The position numbers were made by a program, and so were the translations under genes. This document shows positions 10,549 through 20,000 of a stretch of 20,000 nucleotides of DNA, in pieces. The notes beneath the pieces were generated by a model. It searched no databases. It was not told where the DNA came from and saw nothing but the letters and a program-made list of their open reading frames with translations. Where the stretch lies: contig NW_003526943.1 of NCBI RefSeq assembly GCF_000181795.1, positions 10,839,817 through 10,859,816 of the forward strand. The letters run 5' to 3'. The stretch is from Trichinella spiralis. Its lineage: Eukaryota. Positions within the stretch are counted from its first letter, which is position 1, and every line of letters begins with the position of its first letter.

Positions 10549-11610
10549 ATGAAAGCTGAGAGCATAGTGAGCAAGACCGAAGTTCGAAGGGCGAAGCTGC
10601 ATGTGATGATCGATCAACTGACGCAACTCTGTAAGGATGCGTCACATCCCGATGACCTCCGAGAACTACTTGATGACGTGATGGCGTTTCATGACAAGAC
10701 GTTAGAGATGCAATTGCAGTTGGAAGCGGCGTTGACGGGTGAGGAGCGAGATCAAGAGGCCAAGCATTGGGTGGCGCTCTCTGAACGGACCCAGATAGCT
10801 CGCAGAGAAGCTCGAGCGAGGATTCGACAAATGGAAGGCTCCTTGTCTGATTGTTCAGCTAGCTCCAACGATCTTGGCCCCCGCAGTGACAGCAAGACAG
10901 ATGTAAAGGAAAGGCTCCCGGAACTGAAGATGCCAGTGTTTTCGGGTGAAGTGCTCGAATTCCCAGCGTTCTGGGACCGCTTTCAGGGATGTGTCCATAA
11001 TCGGACGGATTTGGACGACGCCTCGAAGTTCTCGTACTTGCTGTCCAGTTTATCCGGTGAAGCTCTGGCTGCGGTTGAAGGGATGCCACGCTCTAGCGCA
11101 AACTACTCACACGCCATGGAGTTGTTACAAGAACGTTTCGGACGTACAGATGTCATCGTACGGGAACATGTGAAGGCAATTTGGAACGCCAAACCGTGTA
11201 GCGACTCAGGAGCTAGCATACAGGCTTTGGTAGACGAGATAAATCGACATCTCCGATGCCTGACCGCCCTGGGAAAGAATCCGGCAACGGGCGAGATGAC
11301 GGCGAATGAAGCCTTCCTGCCGCTTCTTGCGGAAAAGTTTCCTGAGGAGATTCGTCTGGCATGGGACGTTCACGTGCAGTCGGTTTCAGGCACGAAAGGG
11401 GACTTGCCAGAGTTTCTCAATTTCGCTCAGGTCCGGGCGGCAGCGAAGCGTGCAGCGGCTGCTTCTTCAGGCGGAAGAGGACTCGTCAAGCAGGACGACC
11501 CGAAGCAGCAAGATCCCGGTCCAGGTTGTCAAGAGCGGCAGCGAACTCGCCAAACGGAGAAACGGGCGGCAAGGGGTGCCACAACTGTCCTACACGCGGC
11601 TGTCAACAGC
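10549..11610 (+). CDS. gag: BEL/Pao gag (DUF1759-like domain), N-terminal part of the polyprotein, 3'-partial
   Basis: Coiled-coil N-terminus followed by LPELKMPVFSGEVLEFPAFWDRFQGCVHNRTDLDDASKFSYLLSSLSGEALAAVEGMPRSSANYSHAMELLQERFG, the typical Pao gag signature. There are no stops over 354 codons up to the gap. First ATG at 10549. Confidence 0.9.
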
Positions 11611-12280
11611 NNNNNNNNNNNNNNNNNNNNNNNNNNNNNNNNNNNNGGGGGCCTTAATAAGAGCATAATAATCTCCCAAAGCCAACGGCCAGCTGACCTA
11701 AGTCATTCAATCAATTTGTGCAGCCGTTTTACATTAAATAAAATAATTTTTACATAATCCGCGAGTTTTATTTTATCGTGTACTTGGCCTGGGCAGAAAA
11801 GCTAATAAAAAAATGCTCTCGTTAAGGTGGTGGTGCAGATATAGTTAATTGTCTAACCAATTATTTATTTGATATATTGTACAGCAGGGCGGCTGCAATA
11901 AAAAACGGACAGTAGGAGGCGCCCAAATATGTCAGTTAACTGCCACATGATCAAGGTTAGAATTGGTTTAATGCGCGTATTTTTAAATTGAAAATACTCC
12001 AATTTAGTGTATTCACGAGCAGTCATTTAAGTGGGTGATTTATCACCGAGAATTTTTCCTCCAGGCACAGCCGCTTCCCTCACGCCAGCGGGCACACAAA
12101 CAGTCAGAGCAGATTTATATATCAGGAGAAAAATCGGTAATGGACCGAAAAAGAAACAAGGAAGAAGATAAGAATACTCCTGGACACTGCTTATTTATAT
12201 TAGTTTTTTATTTCATTGTATTGTATTATTTAGTTTTTTCCTTTGTCGTTGTTTCTACTTTGTTAATGCCGTTCACTGTT

Positions 12281-12350
12281 GTTTTTTACTGTTGTTGTTA
12301 GTGCTGTTGGCTAGTGAAAAATAAAGATAACTATTTAACTTATTTTTTGT
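12281..12350 (+). repeat. Dispersed repeat module D, with an inverted copy at 13867-13936
   Basis: TGCTGTTGGCTAGTGAAAAATAAAGATAACTATTTAACTT vs reverse complement TGCTGTTGGTTAGTGAAAAATAAAAATCACTATTTAACTT. Confidence 0.85.
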
Positions 12351-12387
12351 GTTATTTNNNNNNNNNNGGGGTGTGGCTGATAGGTAG

Positions 12388-12511
12388 GAAAAAATCGTGT
12401 TTGAACGTTTCATACAATTTCATATAAAAATACAGTCGAAACTTTAGTAAAGTGCATAAGATTTTGGCCGAAAAAAATTCCCTGTAGTTAATTAAACGGC
12501 AAAATAATGGA
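12388..12511 (+). repeat. Dispersed repeat module A, with a direct copy at 15021-15151
   Basis: Shared CATAC..TTTCATATAAAA..TACAGTCGAA..GTGCATAAGATT..GAAAAAATTCCCTGTAGTTAATTAAACG..AAAATAATGG. Confidence 0.9.
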
Positions 12512-12524
12512 AAATAATGGAAAA

Positions 12525-12838
12525 AAGTTAAAAGTAAAATTCTTTGATTGCTATCAGGAAAGATTTTCAGAGAACAGTCTGCACAGTGAATTTGAAGCAG
12601 CTTTAACTGCTATTCTGCTTGGTGCTGTCCATCGCTGAATATTCTGATGATTAGCTAAAGGCGATTTTAATACAATAGAAAAATCAACAAGTGATATATT
12701 GTCCACAGCTGCAGTTGTCTGCTAAAACTAGGCATGGCAACTGATAATTTGTTAGCATTTAAATACTTTTCTAATTTCCGGCTAACTGTTCTCTGAAAAT
12801 CTTTCTAGCTAGCAATCGAAGAATTTTATTTTCAACTT
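12525..12838. repeat. Foldback/MITE-like structure: 54-bp inverted repeats (12525-12578 and 12785-12838) around a 206-bp spacer
   Basis: The arms match at 48/54 positions by manual alignment, including a perfect GAAAGATTTTCAGAGAACAGT. No target-site duplication was recognised. Confidence 0.8.
12663..12714 (+). repeat. Diverged repeat module B, with a direct copy at 14801-14852
   Basis: GATTTTAATACAATAGAAAAATCAACAAGTGATATATTGTCCACAGCTGCAG vs GATTTTAATACAAAGGGAAAATGCACAATTGACAAATTGCTCACAGTTGCAG, ungapped. Confidence 0.7.
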
Positions 12839-12890
12839 CAGAAAGTTTTTACCTCTTTCGTCAGTGTTATTATTTTCATTCTTCTGTTTC

Positions 12891-13096
12891 ATTTAAATAA
12901 AAAATCTGCAATATTATTTACAACTTAAAAAACAAATTTATTTATATATTTGGTGTAAATTATAAACTTTCTATTTTTTACATCTGAACGAAACCGACTA
13001 GGGGCGTTGGGTTGAACGCTTAAAATTGCCCTTCTGTTTTTCAATTTCCACCTTGGCAAACCTTTTTAATGTATAATTTTTAAATGGATAACGAAA
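12891..13096 (+). repeat. Dispersed repeat module C, with an inverted copy at 15279-15472
   Basis: TATATATTTGGTGTAAATT..AAACTTTCTATTTT..ACATCTGAACGAAACCGACTAG matches the reverse complement of CTAGTCGGTTTCGTTCAGATGT..ATAGAAAGTTT..AATTTACACCAAATATATA. Confidence 0.9.
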
Positions 13097-14487
13097 NNNN
13101 NNNNNNNNNNNNNNNNNNNNNNNNNNNNNNNNNNNNNNNNNNNNNNNNNNNNNNNNNNNNNNNNNNNNNNNNNNNNNNNNNNNNNNNNNNNNNNNNNNNN
13201 NNNNNNNNNNNNNNNNNNNNNNNNNNNNNNNNNNNNNNNNNNNNNNNNNNNNNNNNNNNNNNNNNNNNNNNNNNNNNNNNNNNNNNNNNNNNNNNNNNNN
13301 NNNNNNNNNNNNNNNNNNNNNNNNNNNNNNNNNNNNNNNNNNNNNNNNNNNNNNNNNNNNNNNNNNNNNNNNNNNNNNNNNNNNNNNNNNNNNNNNNNNN
13401 NNNNNNNNNNNNNNNNNNNNNNNNNNNNNNNNNNNNNNNNNNNNNNNNNNNNNNNNNNNNNNNNNNNNNNNNNNNNNNNNNNNNNNNNNNNNNNNNNNNN
13501 NNNNNNNNNNNNNNNNNNNNNNNNNNNNNNNNNNNNNNNNNNNNNNNNNNNNNNNNNNNNNNNNNNNNNNNNNNNNNNNNNNNNNNNNNNNNNNNNNNNN
13601 NNNNNNNNNNNNNNNNNNNNNNNNNNNNNNNNNNNNNNNNNNNNNNNNNNNNNNNNNNNNNNNNNNNNNNNNNNNNNNNNNNNNNNNNNNNNNNNNNNNN
13701 NNNNNNNNNNNNNNNNNNNNNNNNNNNNNNNNNNNNNNNNNNNNNNNNAAGTTTATACTTTTTCATGATCAGCATTCCCGAAAATAATTTTTATCATTAT
13801 TCTATATTTTATTGTACCAAAGTGACGTTATATCAAATGCGATAGTCATAATTCAGAAAAAACAATACAAAAAAGAAGTTAAATAGTGATTTTTATTTTT
13901 CACTAACCAACAGCAGCAGCAAGAACAGTAAAGAACTGCCAACAANNNNNNNNNNNNNNNNNNNNNNNNNNNNNNNNNNNNNNNNNNNNNNNNNNNNNNN
14001 NNNNNNNNNNNNNNNNNNNNNNNNNNNNNNNNNNNNNNNNNNNNNNNNNNNNNNNNNNNNNNNNNNNNNNNNNNNNNNNNNNNNNNNNNNNNNNNNNNNN
14101 NNNNNNNNNNNNNNNNNNNNNNNNNNNNNNNNNNNNNNNNNNNNNNNNNNNNNNNNNNNNNNNNNNNNNNNNNNNNNNNNNNNNNNNNNNNNNNNNNNNN
14201 NNNNNNNNNNNNNNNNNNNNNNNNNNNNNNNNNNNNNNNNNNNNNNNNNNNNNNNNNNNNNNNNNNNNNNNNNNNNNNNNNNNNNNNNNNNNNNNNNNNN
14301 NNNNNNNNNNNNNNNNNNNNNNNNNNNNNNNNNNNNNNNNNNNNNNNNNNNNNNNNNNNNNNNNNNNNNNNNNNNNNNNNNNNNNNNNNNNNNNNNNNNN
14401 NNNNNNNNNNNNNNNNNNNNNNNNNNNNNNNNNNNNNNNNNNNNNNNNNNNNNNNNNNNNNNNNNNNNNNNNNNNNNNNNNNNNNNN
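13097..14487. other. Assembly gaps (N runs at 13097-13748 and 13946-14487; smaller ones at 11611-11645, 12358-12367, 19709-19718)
   Basis: N runs seen directly. Confidence 1.
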
Positions 14488-14508
14488 CCAGTTCTGGATG
14501 CGACATAT
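14488..14508 (+). repeat. Repeat module E, with an identical copy at 19974-19994
   Basis: 21-bp exact match CCAGTTCTGGATGCGACATAT, followed by TA-rich sequence in both places. The left copy abuts a gap, so the homology probably extends into it. Confidence 0.8.
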
Positions 14509-17029
14509 TATATATTATACATAAATCTGCCGCCACTTTTAGTAAATAAAATTTGTTGCCTGATGAAATTTATCAAGATTGGATGCTAACTTCCCGGGTG
14601 TAATATCAGAATACTGAATAATCTGTTTGAAAAATCTGGAATGTTGTAGCAACACTTCTAATTTCCGGGTTACAAAGGGCACTAATGCTAACGTTACGCG
14701 TTAGCTCGCAATTTCACTTAATTTTACGCATGATTTCACGCATATGCCTTTGTCAAACATTCTTCGCGTTTCTCGTCATATCGCATATGTTGGTAATGGA
14801 GATTTTAATACAAAGGGAAAATGCACAATTGACAAATTGCTCACAGTTGCAGCTTCCCAGCTAAACCATGGAGTGTTCTTGATTTTACTGGGAGTGTTCT
14901 ATTTAAATCTTTCTTGTTTACAATCCAAGAATTTTACTTTAATATTTACAAAGTTTCTTTCATTACGAAACAATCAGTATATGTATTTTTATACATGTCG
15001 ATTAGTTTTGCTGTTTGTACGAAAAATTCTGTTTGACGTTCATACATTTCATATAAAATACAGTCGAACTTGGTTAAGTGAACATTGAATACGTGCATAA
15101 GATTCTGGCTGAAAAAATTCCCTGTAGTTAATTAAACGATAAAATAATGGATAAATGCATGGAAATTCTTTCGAAATTCCATGCTGACTTATAACCAAGT
15201 TTAAATGTAATTTGAAATGCAACATCCAACAGATCAGCTACATCATAAGCGCTGCTTTTGATGCGGAATGTTTAAATATTTCGTTATCATTAAAATATAC
15301 ATTGAAAGGTTGCAACTGGAAATGAAAACAGATGGCAATTTAAGTGTTCACCAACGCACTAGTCGGTTTCGTTCAGATGTTAAAATAGAAAGTTTACAAT
15401 TTACACCAAATATATAAAAAATTTGTTTTTTGATTTTTAAATAAAATTCCAGCTTTTATTTTTTATTTAAATAAATAAAATTTAAATAATAAATTTAAAT
15501 AAAACCCCATAAAAAAGTGATGAGAGGTTTGTAGAACGTGGTAATGAACAACGCTATATCTCTCTTACATTACAGACAAGGTACATAGTGCAAATTCAAG
15601 TAATAGGATTCTTTACAAGAGGTCATTTATGGAATAAATCGCTTGCTAATAGCTAAATAAATTGACAAAAAGTAAAATCAAAAACAGTGAAAGCTGAATG
15701 AAATCTTATGTATTCAACCCACGGTTTAGTGCAAAACAAAATGAGGGCAGTGCAACAAATGAAAAATTTTCTAAAAGCATCACATACCCACTTGTATAAA
15801 AATATATAAATATATTTTTTCATGAATTAAAAATTGTAGTTTGTTAAACAGCAAGAATGCTATTCAATAATCTAGAAATTGTTCAGTAGATGTTTATGAT
15901 TAGTAATTAAAATCGGTATATTTTTTGTCAACTGAAAGTGACAATTTACACTCATTCTGATAAAATTAGCATTCTGGAGTAAAATGTGATCACAAAAGCT
16001 TTTTCGTTATTTCAAAGCTTACAGTAATTTATAATGACATTACAAGGAACAAGCAAAGAAACATTTGCTATTTTAAAGGCAAAACTTTAACAGAACATTT
16101 ATTTTGTTTGGCCTCAAGCTGTTTGGTATGATAATTTATAAATGCGCTAACTTTCATTTAACAAGCAGCAAAGCTGTTAAATAATACCGTAGATTTTAAT
16201 CTCAAATTTTTATTATTGTTGTTATTGATTGGTTCAGAAATTGAAAAATGAAGTTGCGTTGCTTTATTACAATTCATTATTTAGCTGAAGGTTTTATTAC
16301 TGCAAAGAAATAATGAGCTGAAAATTTTCAATTTTTCGAAAGCCACAGTTGTTTAACTAACTAGGTGTGGTGAATAATAGAAGTTTAACATATTTTACTT
16401 GAAAATTCCTTTTTATTTTAAATAAAAAAGTGCATTTGCATAATTGCAAATTTGGTTTTCATTTTTCTCACTGAAAAGGCCAGTTTGAAGTGACCTATAA
16501 TTAAATGTTGGAATGTTCACTTTCGAAAGCGTCATAAAACTGAATAATTTATAATAATTACGGAAAAAACAATTATTTAAAGCTTTAAACATCTAACTTT
16601 ATTGAAAAGTTTTTCTAACATATATACGTTTTTTGAAAGCATGCAAAAACTTATGCTTGATGAAAAGAAAATAATGATTGCAACACTTTTAAATGCAAAC
16701 TATTTTTTTACCGTTGTAATTCTTTATGTTAAATGTGCATTTTTGCCCATATTTTTATGGAATAACGTTGAACATTAGACTGCTTTATGCTTCACTAAGT
16801 TTGGAAATGAATTCTGAAATCGATTTTTCAGAATAATATTTGAGTATAACTTTAATAAATTATTTCAAATCAACATCAAAGTAGCATCTTTTATTATTCA
16901 ACAACAAATAATAACATGCATAATACACATTACAAATGCAATTAATGAATATACAGCACAGTACAAAATATGAAATATATATGAAATTAATATAAAGTCA
17001 TCACTTAAATGTGCAGCGTCACAATTAAC

Positions 17030-18350
17030 AAGTGATAGGGCTTCTTCTTGTTCGTGACATGAACTTCATCATCAGCATCATCATCATCATCATCATCATC
17101 ATCCCCATTTCATATCCACTATCATCCCGTTTTCATCAGACATAAAGAAGATCACGTGATATCTGATAGTGTTCACTTTCAGTATCTTGTTCTTTTGCTT
17201 TTTCTTTATAAACGCGCCAATGTCTTTTAGCTGAAGCTGTTTGCATCACGTGCTTCATAATGTTCTTTGTCTTCGCCCAGCAAGGAAAATATTGAACTCT
17301 TCTGCTTTATCTTGTATAACGATCAGTTTATGTCCATTGAAGGAACAGCAGTGGCCTTGTGCAGGCATGGTTCCTGCAGTTCCATATTCGTTGCTTATTT
17401 CTTGACTGTTTTCTTCATTCTTTTAAATTGCTGACGTTGCCTTGACAATGGCTTCTACATTATTTTCAATTTCAAGAGTAGTTCTGACTCTTAGCAATTC
17501 ACGTTCACACAGGAACTCAGAATCGAGTGTTTGAAACGTTGTGGTATTGAATGGATCAAAGTTGATGATGATGCTGCTGTGCAGATTTTAGAGAACTTTT
17601 TAACCTTTCCTTTCAAATCGTCGATGGGATCATAAATATGAAAACCACAGAATTATGTGACTTTCCAGAAGCAGTAGACGCCTGCTGATCATATGAAAGA
17701 AATCAACATTGTTTCTTGACCGTTCATTTATAGTTCAATTTTAATTTCATCCATCCAATTAAAACAAAGTTGAATATATTAGAATTTCCTTCTCATAAAT
17801 GGGAATATGAAATTCACCTATTCTGAAATAGGGCATAAATAATAACTTCCTGGTTCCATATTATATTGCAATTTCTTTTTCTTCTTCTGCAATAAACTGA
17901 ATTTCAAGTGTTCAGCTGCCAATGTCCTTGTGTTGATTGCCTTCGAGATCTTCATTGCCAAAAGCCTTTTTAATATGTTCATGAAGTTAATTCTTCCTTT
18001 TATTATACTTTTTTGAAATATATCAATTAACGCACAAATCCATTTCAGAGTTGAAGCAGTTATACACTTTCCACAGAAACAGCTGAACTTCTTTTATCTA
18101 TCTTGTGTGGTCCAATTTTATGTTGAAACACTGCATGACAAATGGCCTATTGAAACTAGCGGTTGCGAAGCAACAACCAGTCTGAACACCATCCGCCTGC
18201 GCTTCTGCGTGAGCTTCAAATGCGCCCTGCTTTTATACATGCTATCAGCCAATAGTAATGTTCAGCAAATGAAATGTCACTTTGACAAGCATTTCCTGGA
18301 ATGATTATTCAATTCTGACGTTTCATTGGTCAAAATATTTCCTTGAAATT
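17030..18350 (-). pseudogene. Decayed, apparently intronless coding relic of unknown family with an acidic C-terminal tail
   Basis: It is more GC-rich than its flanks and purine-rich on the minus strand. One frame gives protein-like segments (KQGAFEAHAEAQADGVQTGCCFATASFNRPFVMQCFNIKLD; YGTRKLLFMPYFRIGEFHIPIYEKEILIY; NFDPFNTTTFQTLDSEFLCERELLRVRTTLEIENNVEAIVKA) broken by many stops and at least two frameshifts, and ends in a poly-Asp-like tract. Confidence 0.4.
17066..17103 (+). repeat. (CAT)n/(GAT)n microsatellite
   Basis: TCATCATCAGCATCATCATCATCATCATCATCATCATC, with one interrupted unit. Confidence 0.95.
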
Positions 18351-18435
18351 GCTACTTCTACCTTTCGCTTGTCTTATATTTTTTCTTTTGTTTTAACTTT
18401 CAACAACTACATATACGCCGTTGTCTGCTTTTCGG

Positions 18436-18514
18436 GATAATTTAGCACTGTTGCGCCAGACTGTAGATTTTTTACATAAAATTCTTTATTTCCCGGAATT
18501 GTTGCTAAGATTTT
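18436..18514 (+). repeat. Diverged repeat module F, related to 19221-19306 and, inverted, to ~14590-14670
   Basis: GATAAT..GTTGCGCCAGA..AGATTTTT..AAATTCT..CCCGGAATTGTTGCTAAGATTTT vs GATAAT..GTTGCACCAGA..AGAATTTT..AAATTCT..CCCGGAAGTGTTGCTATGATTTT. Confidence 0.6.
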
Positions 18515-19633
18515 GTTGTTTGAAGGGAAACTCAAAGTAACACAGAGACGAAGCAAATTAGCTAATCTATGAATTCTTTTGAAAAAGTTTTTTAAATGTT
18601 GAACATAGAGCAAGGTTAATGTATAGCATTAGCTTAAAATGAAAATTTTCCAGCCTTGACAAGCATTTTTAACTTTAATTAATTAATTTAATTAATTAAA
18701 AGTGTGTAAGCTGAATAATAAAAAGAAATGCTTTTTTATACTGTTGTCAGTTAAAACAGTTGACAATAAGAAACTAACATTTAAAAATAAAAATTTTCTG
18801 TGTAATTTTAGAAAAAGATCAGCAAATTACAAGCTCAATCCTATTAGGCAATTTTGAAATTTGCAACTGATTCGACAGCAAATACTACTGCTCTGTAACA
18901 CATTGAACTTCACTACCATACACTGACTGTGATGAATGCGCAAAGTTTTTAGTAAACATTTTTTGTGAGTTTCAGTGTTGCGCTTAAAAAAACATTATTA
19001 AAAATATGGCATAAGAAATATATGGGAAAAGAGTAAAAAACCTGGCAATGTAAAAAAAATTAATGGGTAGATGGAGGGTTTACTTCTATTATATCACAGC
19101 CACTTTGTTGTGCTTTAATATCTTGATTTGTTATTTGATTATTTGATTTGTTAATTCATTACTTGATTTGATTATCAAAATTCACATTCACGCTAACAAT
19201 TGCTTACATTTTCTGGACAAGATAATACTGGTTGCACCAGATAGCAGAATTTTCAGACAAATTCTGAATTTGTTCGCAAAATACCCGGAAGTGTTGCTAT
19301 GATTTTCTGCGATCATTGCAACATTTCAACAATTGTTGACGGGTAGTTATTGATTACCGCTGATTGGTTTAAAATGCGGAAGTTGCAATATGTTTACCAT
19401 GACATTTAGCCAGTAACTTTCACGTCTCTGCTTTATAATTTTTAAAATTTGTTTTTCCATTGACTGTTTTATTGCAATTGTAGTCTGTGTAGCAAAAGAC
19501 ATAAGAAAAAGAAAGCAGGGATCACAATGAGCCGAAATTTATTATATAATAATTTATTTTTTCATTTTTAATATGCAACTGTGGGGTGGTTTTACTCGGT
19601 CTCACTTTTCTCTTATTGGTCTTTGCCCACGCT

Positions 19634-19708
19634 ATTTTATTGGACCGTCAAATCTTTGTCGTATTGGTTTTCATTTTATTGGACCGTGAAGTCTTTGTCA
19701 TATTGGTT
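19634..19708 (+). repeat. 39-bp tandem repeat (at least ~2 copies, running into a gap)
   Basis: ATTTTATTGGACCGTCAAATCTTTGTCGTATTGGTTTTC followed by ATTTTATTGGACCGTGAAGTCTTTGTCATATTGGTT, then Ns. Confidence 0.9.
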
Positions 19709-20000
19709 NNNNNNNNNNCAAAACGTATGTTTGTTGGGCAATTCCCGGAAATTGACACTACGCAGAGCAGTAATGATACCGCCTTTTCATTGAGTGAATA
19801 TATGTTCAACAACACAACTCTTAGCGACAGAGATTTATATATAAAATCACTTCCGGTTTGAAATAAGGTGAACTGCTGCAGCAACTGCCGTCGACAATTT
19901 TCCTTATCATATTGCATAAGGTTACTCTCGTGACGCGCCTCGTTATTTGTAGCAGTCGATTCAACGGCTTTTACCAGTTCTGGATGCGACATATATATAT

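Larger units (their letters stand above)
10209..11610 (+). mobile_element. 5' portion of a BEL/Pao LTR retrotransposon (LTR, PBS, gag), truncated by an assembly gap
   Basis: GC content rises abruptly. A TG..CA-bounded segment is followed by a TGG-initiated PBS and a long intronless gag-like ORF that runs into the Ns at 11611. Confidence 0.92.

Noticed and set aside
10859..11668. Small ORFs overlapping gag on both strands
   Set aside because: They are shadow frames expected in GC-rich coding DNA.
11646..11757. C-terminal continuation of the gag ORF after the gap
   Set aside because: The frame across Ns is arbitrary, and the sequence is AT-rich and not Pao-like.
12990..13096. Many small indels between module C copies (also 12368-12450 for module A)
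   Set aside because: Systematic homopolymer inflation next to gaps indicates low-quality read ends, not biological editing.
13080..14536. Long ORFs 13080-13775, 13084-13845 and 13853-14536
   Set aside because: They are artefacts of translating through N runs.
14687..14705. Hairpin GCTAACG-TTACG-CGTTAGC as a Helitron 3' end
   Set aside because: There is no CTRR terminus at the expected distance on either strand, and a 7-bp stem can arise by chance.
14744..15088. 114-aa ORF, and likewise 12035-12301, 18107-18304 and 18407-18613
   Set aside because: They lie within repeats or antisense to the relic, with low-complexity composition and no motifs or splice support.
18672..18703. Near-perfect AT palindrome of (TTAA)n type
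   Set aside because: Low-complexity, self-complementary simple repeat.
19634..19708. Tandem units as a CRISPR array or a 13-codon coding repeat
   Set aside because: There are no unique spacers, the context is eukaryotic, and the translations are not credible proteins.

Overview
AT-rich, intron-dense eukaryotic draft sequence with many ~50-65 nt introns, TTTCAG/TTTTAG acceptors and five N gaps. It looks nematode-like, and Trichinella-type is my inference only. The left half is a compact housekeeping block reconstructed by hand: a 2-exon TMEM170-like gene (-), an 11-exon mitochondrial GatB/PET112 gene (+, ~548 aa) and a 20-exon MCM4 gene (-, ~881 aa). The gatB and MCM4 stop codons converge 89 bp apart. 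About 570 bp upstream of MCM4 lies the 5' end of a BEL/Pao LTR retrotransposon (254-bp TG..CA LTR, tRNA-Tyr-type PBS, open gag), cut by a gap. The right half is gapped and repeat-rich. It holds shuffled direct and inverted copies of several repeat modules, a 54-bp foldback, a decayed intronless coding-like relic (~17.0-18.35 kb, -) and a CCAAT-rich tandem array. I see no convincing new biological system. The best leads are two homology-supported GC-AG introns, UGCAUG motifs around an in-frame retainable MCM4 intron, a substituted conserved MCM4 His and the unidentified relic.
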